A stretch of 64,000 bases of DNA from Octopus sinensis (Eukaryota), in contig NC_043006.1 in the NCBI RefSeq assembly GCF_006345805.1, positions 51,584,001-51,648,000 on the forward strand. Direction: 5' to 3'. The notes under the pieces were generated by a model. It worked only from the letters and a program-made list of their open reading frames with translations. It was not told the origin of the DNA and searched no databases. Positions 1 to 14,279 of this stretch are shown piece after piece. A program made the position numbers and the translations under genes. Numbering within the stretch: the first letter of the stretch is position 1; each line of letters starts with the position of its first letter.

Positions 1-99
1 ATGCATTCATGCATATATGGGTACAGGACATAAAAAAAAAACGTTGAACACAATGAGAAAAGAAAACAAAAACAATCTTTAAGTTCTCCTGTTTCTCAG

Positions 100-960
100 A
101 CTAATACTCCTGGTTCCTTACCGAAAAGACTTCCACTGATTTTCTGGAATTCTCCTTTCCTCTACTTCTTAGCCACCTGAGTCTGTGAGTAAAACTCAAT
201 TCACTAAAGCCTTCACCCACTATTTGCTTTGCATCTAAGTACATGTTGCATATATAAGGTAAATCTCTAGAGTTATGTTCTTCTAATTCTATCATGCTCC
301 CAACCATGCACATATGTATACTACATAACAAACTAGACACCTCGTGACATATCTGACTTCATGAACTGACTCTATAAACAGGGATCTTAAAAATGTCCCA
401 ATACACTCTTGTTTTCTTCAACAACCAATAAACAAGATTACTGCTAATATTATTGCACATCATATTCCTAACATAAACAAGAGCAGCAAACAACTAGTAT
501 TTATGGCTACTCAAAATGCTAGACCTCATTATTGCTGAGGTGAATACACATGTTTAACATTGCAAAGATAGATTCAGAAAAATTCGACTTTCTCTTCAGA
601 TCAAGAAAATACTTTATTCCATAACAACTACTAACTCCCTATAAAGCTCAGGTAAGAACCGCAGTAGAGTACTACTCCCACAGCTAGAATAGCACTGCTA
701 CTACACAAACTACGTTCAGAAAAAAGGCTGCATGACTGATCAGCATAATACCACTCTGAGACAAGCTTCAGCCTTGTCTTATAGATGTGTTGTTTTCTCT
801 CTCTACTTAATTTATCTACCACTACTACAATGGACTCTGCTCCACCGAGCTAACTGGTCTCAAACCATCCCCTCTCAAGTACACTTGATTCATATGTTTC
901 TCCTATTGATATCATTCATTTTGTTTCTACCTCCATATACTCCACACTAACCTCTTCACT
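100..960 (-). mobile_element. Highly degenerate LINE-like relic (clade uncertain)
   Basis: Coding-like composition broken by many stops; no gene structure. Assignment is by impression only. Confidence 0.3.
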
Positions 961-1242
961 CAGTCCTTCCTTCTCAGAACTTCATCTTTCTAGAGATATC
1001 AGGCTACACATAACTGAAAGAAACCTGTTGTATATGTATATGTGTGTGTGTCTTTCTGTCTATGTTTGTTCCTTGACAAGCAGTGTTGGTGTGTTTACAT
1101 CCCTGTAACTTAGGGGTTTGGCAAAAGAGATTGATAGAATAAAAACCAGTGTTATAAAAGAAGTACTGGAGTCGATTCATTTGACTTTAAAAAAATTAAA
1201 GTTGGTGCCACAGTCTAATGATTGAAACAAATCGAAGATAAA

Positions 1243-1288
<46 letters not shown>

Positions 1289-1739
1289 GAGTGTATTTTT
1301 ACCTTGTTAACAATTGACACGGAAAAAATAAATAAATAGTTACCAGGCAGCAAAAATCTCACAAGTAAAGGTGTTGTAACTCCTTGTTTATAAAGGTAGA
1401 AACTTCGTGTTTACGTTGAATATTTTGAATAATATGAATAAAAAAATGGAGTTAACGCAGGTGTAATCAAATATTTTTACTTTTGACACATGTTTCGAAA
1501 ATTCCACTGATACTATTCAAAAGAATAAATGGTATAAACAATGCAATCTTATATATCAGTGGTTCTGTAGTGCTCCTTTTAAGTGGTTATAATTCCTGAC
1601 ACCCACCTAAGTGGCAATTGAAGTATCTTGACTAAACTACCTTAACATGGATGATACCTTATAAATTTTACTCTAAAAATGGATTGTATAAGCTTTTAAC
1701 AATGAAACAATGAAAACAATTAATACAGGCAAAAGTTGT

Positions 1740-2850
1740 AAATTTACTTTATACATTGCAAATTAACGACTTCCCTGTGACCCTCTCTGTAACTGTTATC
1801 ACCTGATCCAACAATTTGATACCTCTGTAATTATTTTTATCTAAGGCATCACCTTTACTTTTGTAGCAGTTGATTATGGTGCTGTTACATCAGTCATTGG
1901 ATATGAATCCTTTGTGAACCACCTGATTTACAGTACAAGTAACTAGATGAATATCCACCACCAGATATTTTAACCATCTCAGCGGTGATTCCTGATGGGC
2001 TGGGAGATTTCCCTGTTTTCATAATCTTAATTGCTTTATCTACCAAAGTACTGTTGATTTGGATAGCTGGTCTCTCAATTGGGTCAACATTTGGCAGACT
2101 CTCCTCCTCTCATTCACTCTCCATGTTCAGCAGTCTTTCATAATGGCATTTCCAAGCCTCTTTTTTTACAGAATCATTAAATGCAAATGTGCCATCATCT
2201 ATGTGAACACATTTCTCTCCTATGACATCACAATTTTCTCTCACATACAGTCTTGCAATCTGAAACATTTCAAGTCTTTGGTTCTCATGTCACTGAACAT
2301 AGGCAAACGTCTTTTCTGCTTGTCCCTTGGCTAAACATACCTGTCTCCTAGCTTTCTTTCTGGTTATCTGATACAGTTCCCTGCTACCCCCACTCTTCCA
2401 GGCCTGTTTCTTTGCTTTAATGGCCCTGTCTACCACATCGTTTCACCACCACGTCACCCTAGGTCTGGATGGGAATTTGCACCAGTTGCAGATTTGGTGT
2501 GTGGCACTCAGCAAGCTGTTCCACAGGAATTCCCAGTTGCCCTCTATGTCACAAGTCTGTAACTCCTCCTCCCTCTCATCAAATTTCTCAATTAGGATGT
2601 CCCCAAATCTCTGACCATATGAAGGGTCCTTAAGCTTCCAAGTCTTTCTTTTCCAGATTGTCTTTCGATATTAAACCTCCTCATCTAGTTGACACAGCTG
2701 GTTTCGATCATCAAGTCCCAGCTTGCACCCAACAACAGAAAACTACTGGTCTGCCCTCTTTATCTAATGCCTTCTAGTGGCTTTGTCTGCAACTTCAGTA
2801 ATAGAATTTATGGTCTTCCTCTTTGCTGCACCAGTAACTCCAAGCCCAGT
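1740..2850 (-). mobile_element. RTE-clade LINE ORF fragment (linker + RT N-terminus), pseudogenised
   Basis: Minus translation includes PRVTWW.NDVVDRAIKAKKQAWK, WKCHYERLLN and KAIKIMKTGKSPSPSGITAEMVK, with stops and frameshifts. Confidence 0.8.
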
Positions 2851-3207
2851 CAGAGTTTCACAGAGTGAATGCTGCACAGAACATCAGCAATCCACCTCAG
2901 TTGCCTTGTAAAGTGTCTATCTGCTCTGGTTTCTGCATTGTTTTACCAGCCAATGGTAAAAAGCCTTCTTGACATGTTCTTCCCAGAGTACAGTCAGTTT
3001 CTACATGATTATCTGCTGAGAGAAATTTGAGATCACTATGTCAAGGCAGAGTGTTGTTGGTATGATGTGGTCAACACTGGATTAACCATTAAGCAAAATA
3101 AGCATGTCTCTTGGACACCAAGGGAAGGAGAAGCACCACAGAAATGGTAAATGGTTTATGGGACAAAATAAATCATTTTGAACTTGCTAAACTAAATATT
3201 GAGTGAG

Positions 3208-3430
3208 ACTTTCCAAATGTAGACGTTGCCATTCGTAAATTAACATTAATGGTCACAAATTACTCAGCTGAGCATTCATTTTCTCCACTGAAGTACATTA
3301 TGAATCCCATCAGAGCAATTATGCAACAAAGTAGGCTGAATGCTTTAACTCTACTAAGTATAGAAACAGATGAGTTACATAAGATTGATTTTGAGAATCT
3401 GATCAAAGACTGTGGTTTAAAGAAGTAGAA
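3208..3430 (+). mobile_element. hAT transposase C-terminal dimerisation-domain fragment
   Basis: FPNVDVAIRKLTLMVTNYSAEHSFSPLKYIMNPIRAIMQQSRLNALTLLSIETDELHKIDFENLIKD resembles the hAT consensus FPN..LT..VT.CS.ERSFS.LK..K..LR..M.Q.RLN.L.LLSIE. Confidence 0.85.
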
Positions 3431-3792
3431 AACTTTTCAAATCTTATATTATAACAGAAAAGCCGGTCTCCTGTTTGTCTGCCCATCACAACATCTATTA
3501 GAGAGAGGGAGTGAAAGACAGATACTTAGGTAGGGTTGTCACCATAGCAACTAACAAGTGGAGATTAAAAACATGTGAAGTATTAAAAGTGCAAATCTGT
3601 CAACACAACACAATACAACACAACAACACATACTTCAAAAAAGACAAAAGCGACTGTATATTCACATAGTTATTTTTTGGTTGTTTGCATGTGTGTTTAT
3701 GTGTCTTACAACATAAAGGGAAGGCAACACAGACTTTTAAAAAGGCTTTCACTTTGCATAGAGAGGGAGGAGAAAAAGTTGTTGAGAGAAAT

Positions 3793-3870
<78 letters not shown>

Positions 3871-4660
3871 TGAGTGAAAGATAAATAAGTAGTGCTGGAG
3901 GGAGAAAGAGAGAAAAAGAAAGAGGGAGGGAGAAAGAAAGAAAGGATGAAAGAAGGAAACAACGAAAGAAAGAAAGAGGGAAGAAGAAAGAAGGAAAGAA
4001 GACAGACTAAAAGAGAGGCACTATTACAGAGGGTGAGAGAGAATATAAGCAAGAGAAATAGAGAATGAGAAAAGGGAGAGAATCAGTTGAAAACGGTTGT
4101 TTTTAGAGAAAAACCCATGTAAAACACCTTTTTACTTGATTTCTTGCTTTCTGGGCAAAAAATTATAGTACATGATCATCCTTGTCACATAAGTAATATG
4201 CGTGTACAGTTTGGGGAAAATCAGTTGAAAACTGTAGAAATGCATACATATTACACACACCGGCATCCTGTCTTTTATATATAGATAAAATAACCAATTT
4301 CTTTATTTTAAAAAACTATCTTCTAGAAGATGATAATGGTAAATAGTTGTAGTGGCAGTGGTGATGTTTATACTGAAACATCAAGGAGTACAAGTGAAAA
4401 GTATTCTTCTGGAACATGGACATGTTAAGAAAGAGTACCATGAAAAAAAATCTGTCTTTAGTGATAGTGTTGAGAAATATATGTATGTGTCTGTGTAAAT
4501 TCATATATACATTTATACAAAGTGAGAGAGAGAGAGACAAAAAGAGAGAAAACAGAGTGAGAGAGAGAGAGAGAGAGAAAGGGAAGATAAGAGAGTGGGG
4601 GAGTTGTGAATTAAACCAGAAGTTATGTTACAGAGTTCACAGAAATTATAATAATAATTA

Positions 4661-5172
4661 CTGTAAATCCTCGAGTATAGTCTGCCCTTGAGTATAATAC
4701 GCAGAGGATTTTTAAGGGGCTGTACCTCTGAAAAACCTAAACCTTGTGTATAATACACACCTCTTCTCTAACTTGAGTCAAGGAGGTCTATATAATGTCC
4801 TTGATTTGTAAAAACGTATACGCTAATGTTCTTTATTATTACTGTATATATAACATAATGCAAACGTGTAGCTTTTTTGTGCATTTTGTTTGCAGAAAAT
4901 AAAGAAATAACAGTAATAACGTTTAATAAATGTTGCTTACTGCAAGTTATGGATGATCATTTTATGACTTCATTTCTTTCAGGCTTAGCTTAAGGTATTT
5001 TTGCGCCCCACATCACAAAATGCATCTGAATACACATAGCGAGACAGCAAGTAGAGACTCAGACATTGCTTAGAAAATAATTTTCATTTTTAACCTCATA
5101 TATGGTACGCACTAGGGATTTTGACCTTTAAATTTTGGGAAAAAAATGTGGATTATACTCGAGGATTTACAG
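4661..5172. mobile_element. pogo/Tc1-type MITE, 512 bp
   Basis: Perfect 19-bp TIR CTGTAAATCCTCGAGTATA / TATACTCGAGGATTTACAG with TA on both sides. Confidence 0.9.
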
Positions 5173-5183
5173 TACTTTTTGCC

Positions 5184-5575
5184 TTTACTCTTTTACTTGT
5201 TTCAGTCATTTAACTGTTGCCATGTTTGAGCACCGCCATTAACCGAGCAAATCAACCCCAGGACTTATTCTTTGGAAGCCTAGTACTTATCTTATCAGTC
5301 TCATTTGCCAAACCGCTAAGTCACGGGGACATAAACACACCAGCATCGGTTGTCAAGCGATGTTGGGGGGCAAGCACAGACACACAAATATATACACACA
5401 TACATATATACGACGGGCTTCTTTCAGTTTCCGTCTACCAAATCCACTCACAAGGCTTTGGTCGGCCTGAGGCTATAGTAGAAGACACTTGCTCACAGTG
5501 CCATGCAGTGGGAATGAACCCGGAACCATGTGGTTGGTAAGCAAGCTACTTACTACACAGCCACTCCTGCACCTA
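5184..5575 (-). mobile_element. tRNA-derived CORE-type SINE (family A)
   Basis: A/B-box head, CCTTGGGCAAGT-like core, internal microsatellite, (AAAGAGT)n tail; more than 10 copies in the window. Confidence 0.9.
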
Positions 5576-6379
5576 TGTAAATATCTATATAGAACTTCAT
5601 ACACATGCTTTCAAGTTTATGCACTGTACTGAAGAACTGAGCCCCACTTCCATCAATATGTAATTAGATCATATTAAGGGGCCTTTATGCCTTCTGAGTC
5701 CTGGCGCTGCAGTGCCTTTAGCACCCACTTTAAGATAGTACTCAGCATGACATATAGTATCTCATAGTATTCTAAAACTGGTGGAGTCCACCCTTTTCCA
5801 GTTCTAACAACAGTTAATTTTTTTCTGGGAGAGAGTGAGAGAGAGAGAGTGAGAGTGAGAGAGAGTGAGAGAGAGAGAGAGAGAGAGTGGAGATATATAA
5901 TGGTATTAGAAATATGTAAAATCTAAGGAAGTTAAGTTCAATACATGGTTTGCATAAATAATGGAAACTGATTTAACCAAAGATTCAAAAGTTGATGACT
6001 TTGGGAAAACATGAATTCATAAATTCCCAGTAATGATATTTAACATGAAGTTAGTATCAGTGTAATAAATCATTTTATTATTGATATATTCATCATGAAA
6101 CTAAACATAAAAAATGTAAATTTATTTTATTTATTTCTCTTACATTATATATTCTAACTTCCATCAGAGTCAATTTTGTATTTCATCTTTCTAGGGTTGA
6201 TAAACTAAGTTCACATCATTCATTGATGTTGGCAAATACCATGGAACAGAAGCTAAATTTCTAGGAAACTGAATTTCCATTGTTTGTTCTCACTATTTCT
6301 CTTATCATTTTATATAATTAATGGCAGTAAAAAATAAATGTTGTCTTGTTGTATGAGTATATTTCTATGTTTGGTCTCA

Positions 6380-6567
6380 TTATTTCCTGTGGTGTTTATT
6401 CATTTTTAATGACTTTTTCCTATCGTCACGATAGCCAGCACTCCCCAGTTTATTATTCACCATCTCTTCAGATTGTTTCAGCTTTTCTTTAACTGACAAT
6501 TTTATTTCCCTGATTTTTTCTTGTAACACGTTTATGATAATCTTTCTCAAGTATTTCTTAGCTTCCT
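6380..6567 (-). CDS. CFAP119: CFAP119 copy A exon 9 (terminal, coiled coil)
   Basis: ttgcag acceptor; [10 protein letters not shown]...KHHRK*. Confidence 0.9.
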
Positions 6568-9500
6568 CTGCAATATGTGAGAGAAATTAAATGATGAAAC
6601 AGTAATAAAAGAAATAATTAATTAGTTAACTGTGAGAGGTTATTGTAGGTATGGTGAACAAGGTATGAAATTAATTGATTATAATCAATTAATTTCATAC
6701 ATTGTTCACAATAGCCACATAAAATTTCCTACAGGTATTTAAACTGATATCAGCTGTATCAATTTGTCCAGTTTCAGAGTTTATGGGAGCACTGCCCCTC
6801 CATCTTGGCAAAAACATAATAGTTAAAAGATACCATATTCAATAAATAGATGCTCAAATGATCTTAGTATTCTGACCAGTATGATATAATAAGTGGTTAA
6901 GTAATATCAGTATCCTAACCAATAAAACACAGTCAATAAATTGTCAAACATTCTCAGTAATAAATCACAGACAAAATAAGTAAGAAATTCTTCTATTGAT
7001 ACAAAGCCTTGTGTTTAAATTCAATTACTCCCAGTAAATCTAGTTAATCTCAGTACATCGCTATTACAGAGGTGAGATGGCTGAGTGAATGGACTATTGG
7101 CTTATCTATTCCTGCTCATAGATGAGGAGTTCAAATCCAAGTTGATGTTTCATGTGCAGAACATTCCTTCAGAGTATTTGGCTGATAGAAGAAATAGGTA
7201 AGATATCAACTAGGAGTGTTACCTAAAATAGGCTGCCATCCTATCCAGGTGGATAGAAATCTCTGAAGCACAATAATGCCATAAAATCACAGATGAACTG
7301 CTTTATTCCTGTTTCCGAGGAAATCTATATACACAATACATAACATTATTCACTTTTCTGTTTTACACTGTATAATATAAGTAAAACATCATATTTTTTA
7401 ATTTACTAGGGTTGAAGGAAGAACGGTGCCCATAACCTTTGGAAGCTTTCACAGACTGTGAGACCAATGTCGTTAATGGTCCATACAGAAGCTCCCTTGT
7501 TGACTTATAGTGAAAGTATTAATACCAGTGTCAGTTTCTTAACTATATACTAACATGGTAGAAGATAAAAATATAATTTCTAATGGAAACACAAAGGGAA
7601 TGTATGGTACTTATGCCTTTTCCAAAACCATTACTACCAAAATAAAAAAAAAATAAAAAACAATTTCAAATTGGAAGCAAATCCAGATGGCAAAGAACTT
7701 TCCACAACATTACTGTCTTTTTAAGAGCAGCACGTTGAAGACTGGTAGGGAAACTGTGCAAGAATCTGTTACATATATCATATGCAACAATCTATACACA
7801 CTCTGAAAATTTACACCTTGATGTTAACCTTTTAGAGTGTGTAGTTACATTATGTTTATATATGCTATGTTAGCAGTGGCTTAGTGGGTATGAACATTAC
7901 TATCCTTAGTTTAGAAATAAAAATTTCTACTTCAAAACTAGTTTGGGACACTGAACATATCTCAGGATTATCAAGACACTTGACTGGAGATTAAACTAAC
8001 CAAAATACTGTGTAGATATGATTATTGTAAATATACAGTGTAAATATGAGGTTAATAGTCTGGAAAATTATCTTCTGAATCTACTTAAGATGTTGCTAAC
8101 AAACCTTTTTCAGTAATCTTGACCAGCTCATTTTCTTTGTCAATGCATTCATCTGTTACTTGGGAACCTTTAGTTTCAGATATCCGAGGATCAACTTTGA
8201 AAAATAAAAATAAAAATACATATTGAAGTTGTTGATGTTATTAGAATTTATAAACTTCAAGATAACATGAAATAATTCATTTTAGAGCAGTGAAAATCAA
8301 AGCAGATAAATCTATAAATAATAGTGTGTAAATACTGGATTAAACAAAAAACAAAAAAGAACATTTGGATAGGAAAAGTCAAAGACAACGTTTGGCCTTT
8401 TAACCCAATATTTATACACTATTATTTATAGCTTTAGATGGGTCAAGTTTCACCATTGAAGCAGTGGTGGAATTCTGCTTTACACAAAGCATATAACCCC
8501 TCATAACTTTTTGATTTTTTTGAATTTTTGGAAAACTTTTGCAAATTTGTGTTCTGCACGTGAGAAATCATACAATTATGCAAAAATTTTTATTTTGATT
8601 TTTTTCTTAATTAAAAAAAATTTTTTTTTAATTTTTCAAACATTTCTTTAAAATCACAGTTTAATATATGGGCAGTCTGAATTTTTGGCTAAATCCCAAC
8701 AATAAACCATTAAATGTATTTATGGGGAGAAAGCTATTATAAAACATCAATATGCCAGAGTATCAAACAAACAAGGACAGTATGAGGCGGCTGTGATATG
8801 CTAAAAATAACAGCTGAAATCACAAAAAAATTTTATTTTGTTTTTCTATAGTATCGAACACAAATTTGCAAAAAATTTTCTGAAAATTTCTAAAGTAGTG
8901 TTATATGCTGTGTGTAAAGCAGTATTCTATTGAAGTATTTTCCAAAATGAATTTTTTGGGGAAGCATCTGCTTTATATCTATTTCACACCTATTTTCTCC
9001 AAAGATATGCTTTACAAACAAATATTTAACCTTAACCTAACCTCATTTTAGCTTTCAAACTATTTATTTTTTTTTGTTTCTTATAACCTATCATCCTCAT
9101 TATGTGCCAGAAGATATAACTTAACATTGTAGATGTTATAATAATATTATTATTACTGGCTTATATAAGCATGAAATAATGAAATGTGAAATTTCTGAGC
9201 ATGTGTAGTAATTTGGGCAAATGTCTTCTACTATAGCCTCATGTTAACCAAAGCTTTGTGAGTGAACTTGGCAGGCAGAAACTGAAAGAAGTCTGTCATA
9301 CATATTTGGGTCATCCCATAAATAATGCATTTTTTTATACTAATTTATTTTTCAAAATTAAGATAAACAAAGTTTTTTCTTAATCTAAAATATACTCTCC
9401 TTCATTTTCTACAATGCTCTTCCATCTATCTGGTAGACTTCCAAGGCCCCTCTTCCAAAATTCACCTGTCTGTGATGAAAACTGCTCCTCCAGTACTATT

Positions 9501-12500
9501 CTGACCTCATCTACAGAATTCATATTTTTTCATCCAAATGATTTCAAAGACTGCAGAATGAATGATAATTAGATGGGGCAATGCCTGGCAAATATGGTGG
9601 ATGGGGCATCATTTCCCATTCAAATTACTCTAGCCTTTGGAATGTCATTCTCGCTGTATGTGGCTGAGCATTATCCTGATGAAAGATCACCTTTCATCTT
9701 GAAACCAAAGATGGTCATTTTTCTTCTAGTGTTGTCTTAAGCCACTGAAGCTACTCACAGTAGATCTCCTCTGTTATCATTTGGTTTGGGTTTAAAAGTT
9801 CAAAGTGGACTAAAACTTTCATATCCCACCAAACAGATAACAACATCTTACATGGGTGAAGACCTTCTTTAGCCTGGAGTGGCGGTATTTCTTCTTTCCC
9901 TACCAACTTCTACGGTGCTTGACATTTTTATAGAGAACCCATTTCTTGTCATTAGTCAATATTTGGTCCAAAAAAGGTTCATATGTGAGACATGACAGCA
10001 GAGAAGAGCACACATTCACTCGCTGTATGCAATTAGACTAGGAAAGTTTGTGAGGAACCCATTGACCCAATTTGCTGACTTTTCCAATGGCATGCAGATA
10101 TCGATGAATGGTTGAATGACCAAATCCAAGCTTTTTCAACAGTTACAATGGGATTTTGTGCCACCTGGGTGTGCAAGATGTCCTTGTTGAGCTCTACAGA
10201 TCTTCTAGGATGAGGCTCATCTTCTAGTCTGTAGTTTCTGGCTTGGAATTTCTGGAATCGCTGTTGACACTGGCTTACACTTATTTTCCGATCCTCATAT
10301 ACTGCATTAATATTTCTCGCACTTTCTGTTGTGCTGTTGCCTTTATTGAACTCATAAAGCAAAATTTGCCAAATCTGCTCCTTTGTCACATCCATTATAG
10401 CTTTGAAAAAGTAACTACTAAAATCGACCTACACTCTTCAAAACTTGCACTAAGAACAAGGACATGGTAAAATTACTACCTGCTTTTATAGAAAGTTGAT
10501 GCAGGTAGTTTATCCTGTCCCCCTCTGACTTATAATTCATGCAATTAAAAAGTCTGCATTATTTATGGGATGACCCAATATATATATATATATATAGTTA
10601 TATTTCGGAATGGTCATATTGCCAGTTTAGCCAATAAAAACACACGCACTATATATTTGGTGTTATTTTGCTTCAGTGATATTTATTTTTTACATTAATC
10701 TTAATCTTATTTCGGCCAAAGTTCTTTCGTCACACTCCTGTGACCGCATCAGTGGTCCTTTGTTTTCTTCTCACTTACTTGTGTCTCTCCTTACTAACCG
10801 TCAGCCATTTTGTATTTCTATTGTATGTCTTCATTTGCGCATGCTTATATCTCTATGTGCGTCTATGTTTATTTAGTGTGTGTGTGGGGGGGATGCCTGT
10901 AATATTTGTATCTTCTGGTTATATACATTCTTGTAATTTGTATTTTGTTTTTGTTGTTGTTGCTTTTGTTCTAATTTTGTTCATGTGTTTACATCCACCC
11001 ATTATTATCATTACATATGCTTGTATGTATGTATAACAACAATATTAGTAATAATAATAATAAATCTAATTGAAAAAAAAAGGCCACACATTTAAATTTA
11101 AATTTAATAATAAAATTTAATAATAAAATATATGCCCAGGACGAGGGGGCAGCCATCGGTGTTAGTATCGCTGGTGATGTGGCCAACCTCTTCATGGTAT
11201 GGTGGGACAGAAGGCTTAAAGAATGCCTACTGCAGAAATCCATACTCGTAAACATGTACTCTCGCTATGTTGATGATATCAATATAGTAGTAAAGGCACC
11301 CCCACAAGAGAGTACTGTTGATATAGTAATAGAAACTAATACTATGGAGAGCATCCAGCAAATAGCTAACTCCATCCACCAGAGTATTAAGGTCACAATA
11401 GACTACCCCACTAAACACCCCAACCATAGACTACCAGTACTAGACACTGAACTCTGGCTAGAAATTGTGAAAAATAAAACCCAAACCCAAACCCAAATCC
11501 TTCATTCATACTATGCAAAACCTATGGCCTCAAAATACCTGATCCACCGGAACTCAGCCATTGCGGGCAATGCCAAATTCAATATTTTGATGGCAGACCT
11601 CGTCAGAATAATGAGAAATGTGTCACGCATGTGCGAGCCTACAGAATTAAAGAGACACATACAGTATTTCATTCACCGCATGCAGTTCTCAGGTTACAGC
11701 CATAAAGAAAGGATCAGAGTATACAAAGGAGCCATGAAGAAATTTGATAATATATTATGTAATGATAGGAATGGGATTTGCCCACTCTATAGGAACAAGT
11801 CATGGAACACTATAGAAAGGACAAAAAAGAAAATAAGGAAGGCCAACTCTTGGTATGATAGCCATAAATACCAAAGTGTCATGTTCGTTGACACCACCCC
11901 TGGAGGTGAACTAGCGTACCGCTTTAGAAGGACCCTAGATAAACTTAAACTAAGAATTAAGGTTGTTGAAAAGCCAGGCAACCCTATCAGATCTATAATT
12001 GGTAGAACCTATCCTTTTAGTAGAACTCTCTGTACGGATAACTATTGCACTGTATGTAGATTTAGCCCACAAACGAACTGTAAGCCAGAAATGTGGTCTA
12101 TAGTATAAGATATAGAGGGACGATGCAGTAACAAGACAGTAACATACGTAGGGGAAACTGCAAGAAGCATTGGTGAGCGGGTGAATGAACATTGGAGACA
12201 ACTCAAGGAAGGTAAAAGCTCATCGATTCTGTACCAACACGCCAAACAAGAACACGGGGGATCAATCAATAACATAGAGATTAAGATATTGTCCACACAT
12301 AGAACAGATGCAACAATTAGACAAATTACAGAAGCTACACATATAATAGAAAATAAACCTAGCCTGAATAGAAAACTAGAATGGAGCAATAGCGCACACC
12401 ACAACATATGACAATAGTGGATCCTGCAAACATAATAAATACACAGGTAATTAAAGAAATAGAAATGAATATCTATATATATGTATATGTGTATATATAT

Positions 12501-13148
12501 GTATATGTATATGTGTATATATGTGTGTATATATGTATATATATATATATGTATATGTATATGTATGTATATATATATATGTATATGTATATTCTTTTTT
12601 TTTTTTTTTTTTTCGATTAGATTTATTATTATTATTACTAATATTGTTGTTATACATACATACAAGCATATGTAATGATAATAATGGGTGGATGTAAACA
12701 CATGAACAAAATTAGAACAAAAGCAACAACAACAAAAACAAAATACAAATTACAAGAATGTATATAACCAGAAGATACAAATATTACAGGCATCCCCCCC
12801 CCACACACACTAAATAAACATAGACGCACATAGAGATATAAGCATGCGCAAATGAAGACATACAATAGAAATACAAAATGGCTGACGGTTAGTAAGGAGA
12901 GACACAAGTAAGTGAGAAGAAAACAAAGGACCACTGATGCGGTCACAGGAGTGTGACGAAAGAACTTTGGCCGAAATAAGATTAAGATTAATGTAAAAAA
13001 TAAATATCACCGAAGCAAAATAACACCAAATATATAGTGCGTGTGTTTTTTATTGGCTAAACTGGCAATATGACCATTCCGAAATATAACAATATCTGTT
13101 TCAACACACGACTTCACATAAAAAATCTTGCACAACAAATATTTAAAC

Positions 13149-13190
<42 letters not shown>

Positions 13191-14224
13191 ATATATATAT
13201 ATATATATATATAATACACACACACACATATATATATATACATATATGATATGTACATATACATATATATATATAATATATATACACGAACATATATATC
13301 GCAAATAAGAAAATGGAAGAGAACAATAGGTGGTTCATTAACTTTTGGACATTAAAATGTTAACTTATTTATTTATTAAACTGATAGTATTATATATATA
13401 TATAATATATATATATATATAATATATATCTATATCATCGTCATCATCATCATCATCATTGTTTAGCATCCTCTTTCCATGCTGCCATGGGTTGGATGGT
13501 TTGACATGGAGCTGGCTATCAGGGAGCTGTCCAGAGTCTAACTGTCCATTGTGGCGTAGTTTCTATGTGTGTGCGTGTGTGTGTGTCTTTGCTTGTCCTC
13601 CTTGCTACTTGACAACTGGTGCTGGTTTGTTTACATCCTTGCAACTTAATAGTTCAGTAAAATGATACCAATAGAATAAGTACTAGGCTTCAAAAAAATA
13701 AGTCTTGGGGGTCGATTTGTTTGGCTAAAACCCTTCAAGGCAGTGCCCCTGTCAAAGGACTGAAACAAATACAAGGTAAAAAAGGTAGACGGTAATTGTA
13801 ATATTAACAAAATAAATTGAAGGGGTTCTAACTTTATATCCTAACCAACAGTTAGCTGATGGTAAATATAATGTTTATTTCAAATTTTGGCATAAGGCCA
13901 GCAATTTCGGGAAGGGGGTCAGTTGATTACTTCGACCCCATCATCATCATCATCATCATCATCGTTTAACGTCTGTTCTCCATGCTAGCATGGGTTGGAC
14001 GGTTCGACCGGGGATCTGGGAAGCCAGAAGGCTGCACCAGGCTCCAGTCTGCTCTGGCAATGTTTCTACAGCTGGATGCCCTTCCTAACGCCAACCACTC
14101 CATGAGTGTAGTGGGTGCTTTTTACGTGCCACCTGCACAGGTGCCAGGCAAGGCTGGCAACGGCCACGGTCAGATTGGTGTATTTTACGTGCCACCGGCA
14201 CGGAAGCCAGTCAAGGCGGCGCTT

Positions 14225-14279
<55 letters not shown>

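Larger units (their letters stand above)
10597..13090 (+). mobile_element. 5'-truncated Penelope-like element with about 485-bp inverted terminal copies
   Basis: RT motifs [22 protein letters not shown] and RYVDDINI, thumb, then GIY-YIG endonuclease ([31 protein letters not shown]) with compensating frameshifts and a stop at 12106-12108. 10597-11081 is the reverse complement of about 12605-13090. Confidence 0.95.

Noticed and set aside
1475-1530. Hammerhead on the minus strand (GAAACATGTGTC)
   Set aside because: Stem III and a GUC site fit, but the CUGANGA core is absent or too decayed to call.
1-6000. Third CFAP119 copy or another host gene downstream
   Set aside because: No matching exons were found; the region is explained by LINE, hAT, MITE, SINE and microsatellite sequence.
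12042-12701. Many ORF-track entries rich in YI/IY/HT/CV repeats (also 25773-26185, 29813-30081, 38199-38646, 38979-39250)
   Set aside because: These are translations of (TA)n/(CA)n microsatellites, not genes.
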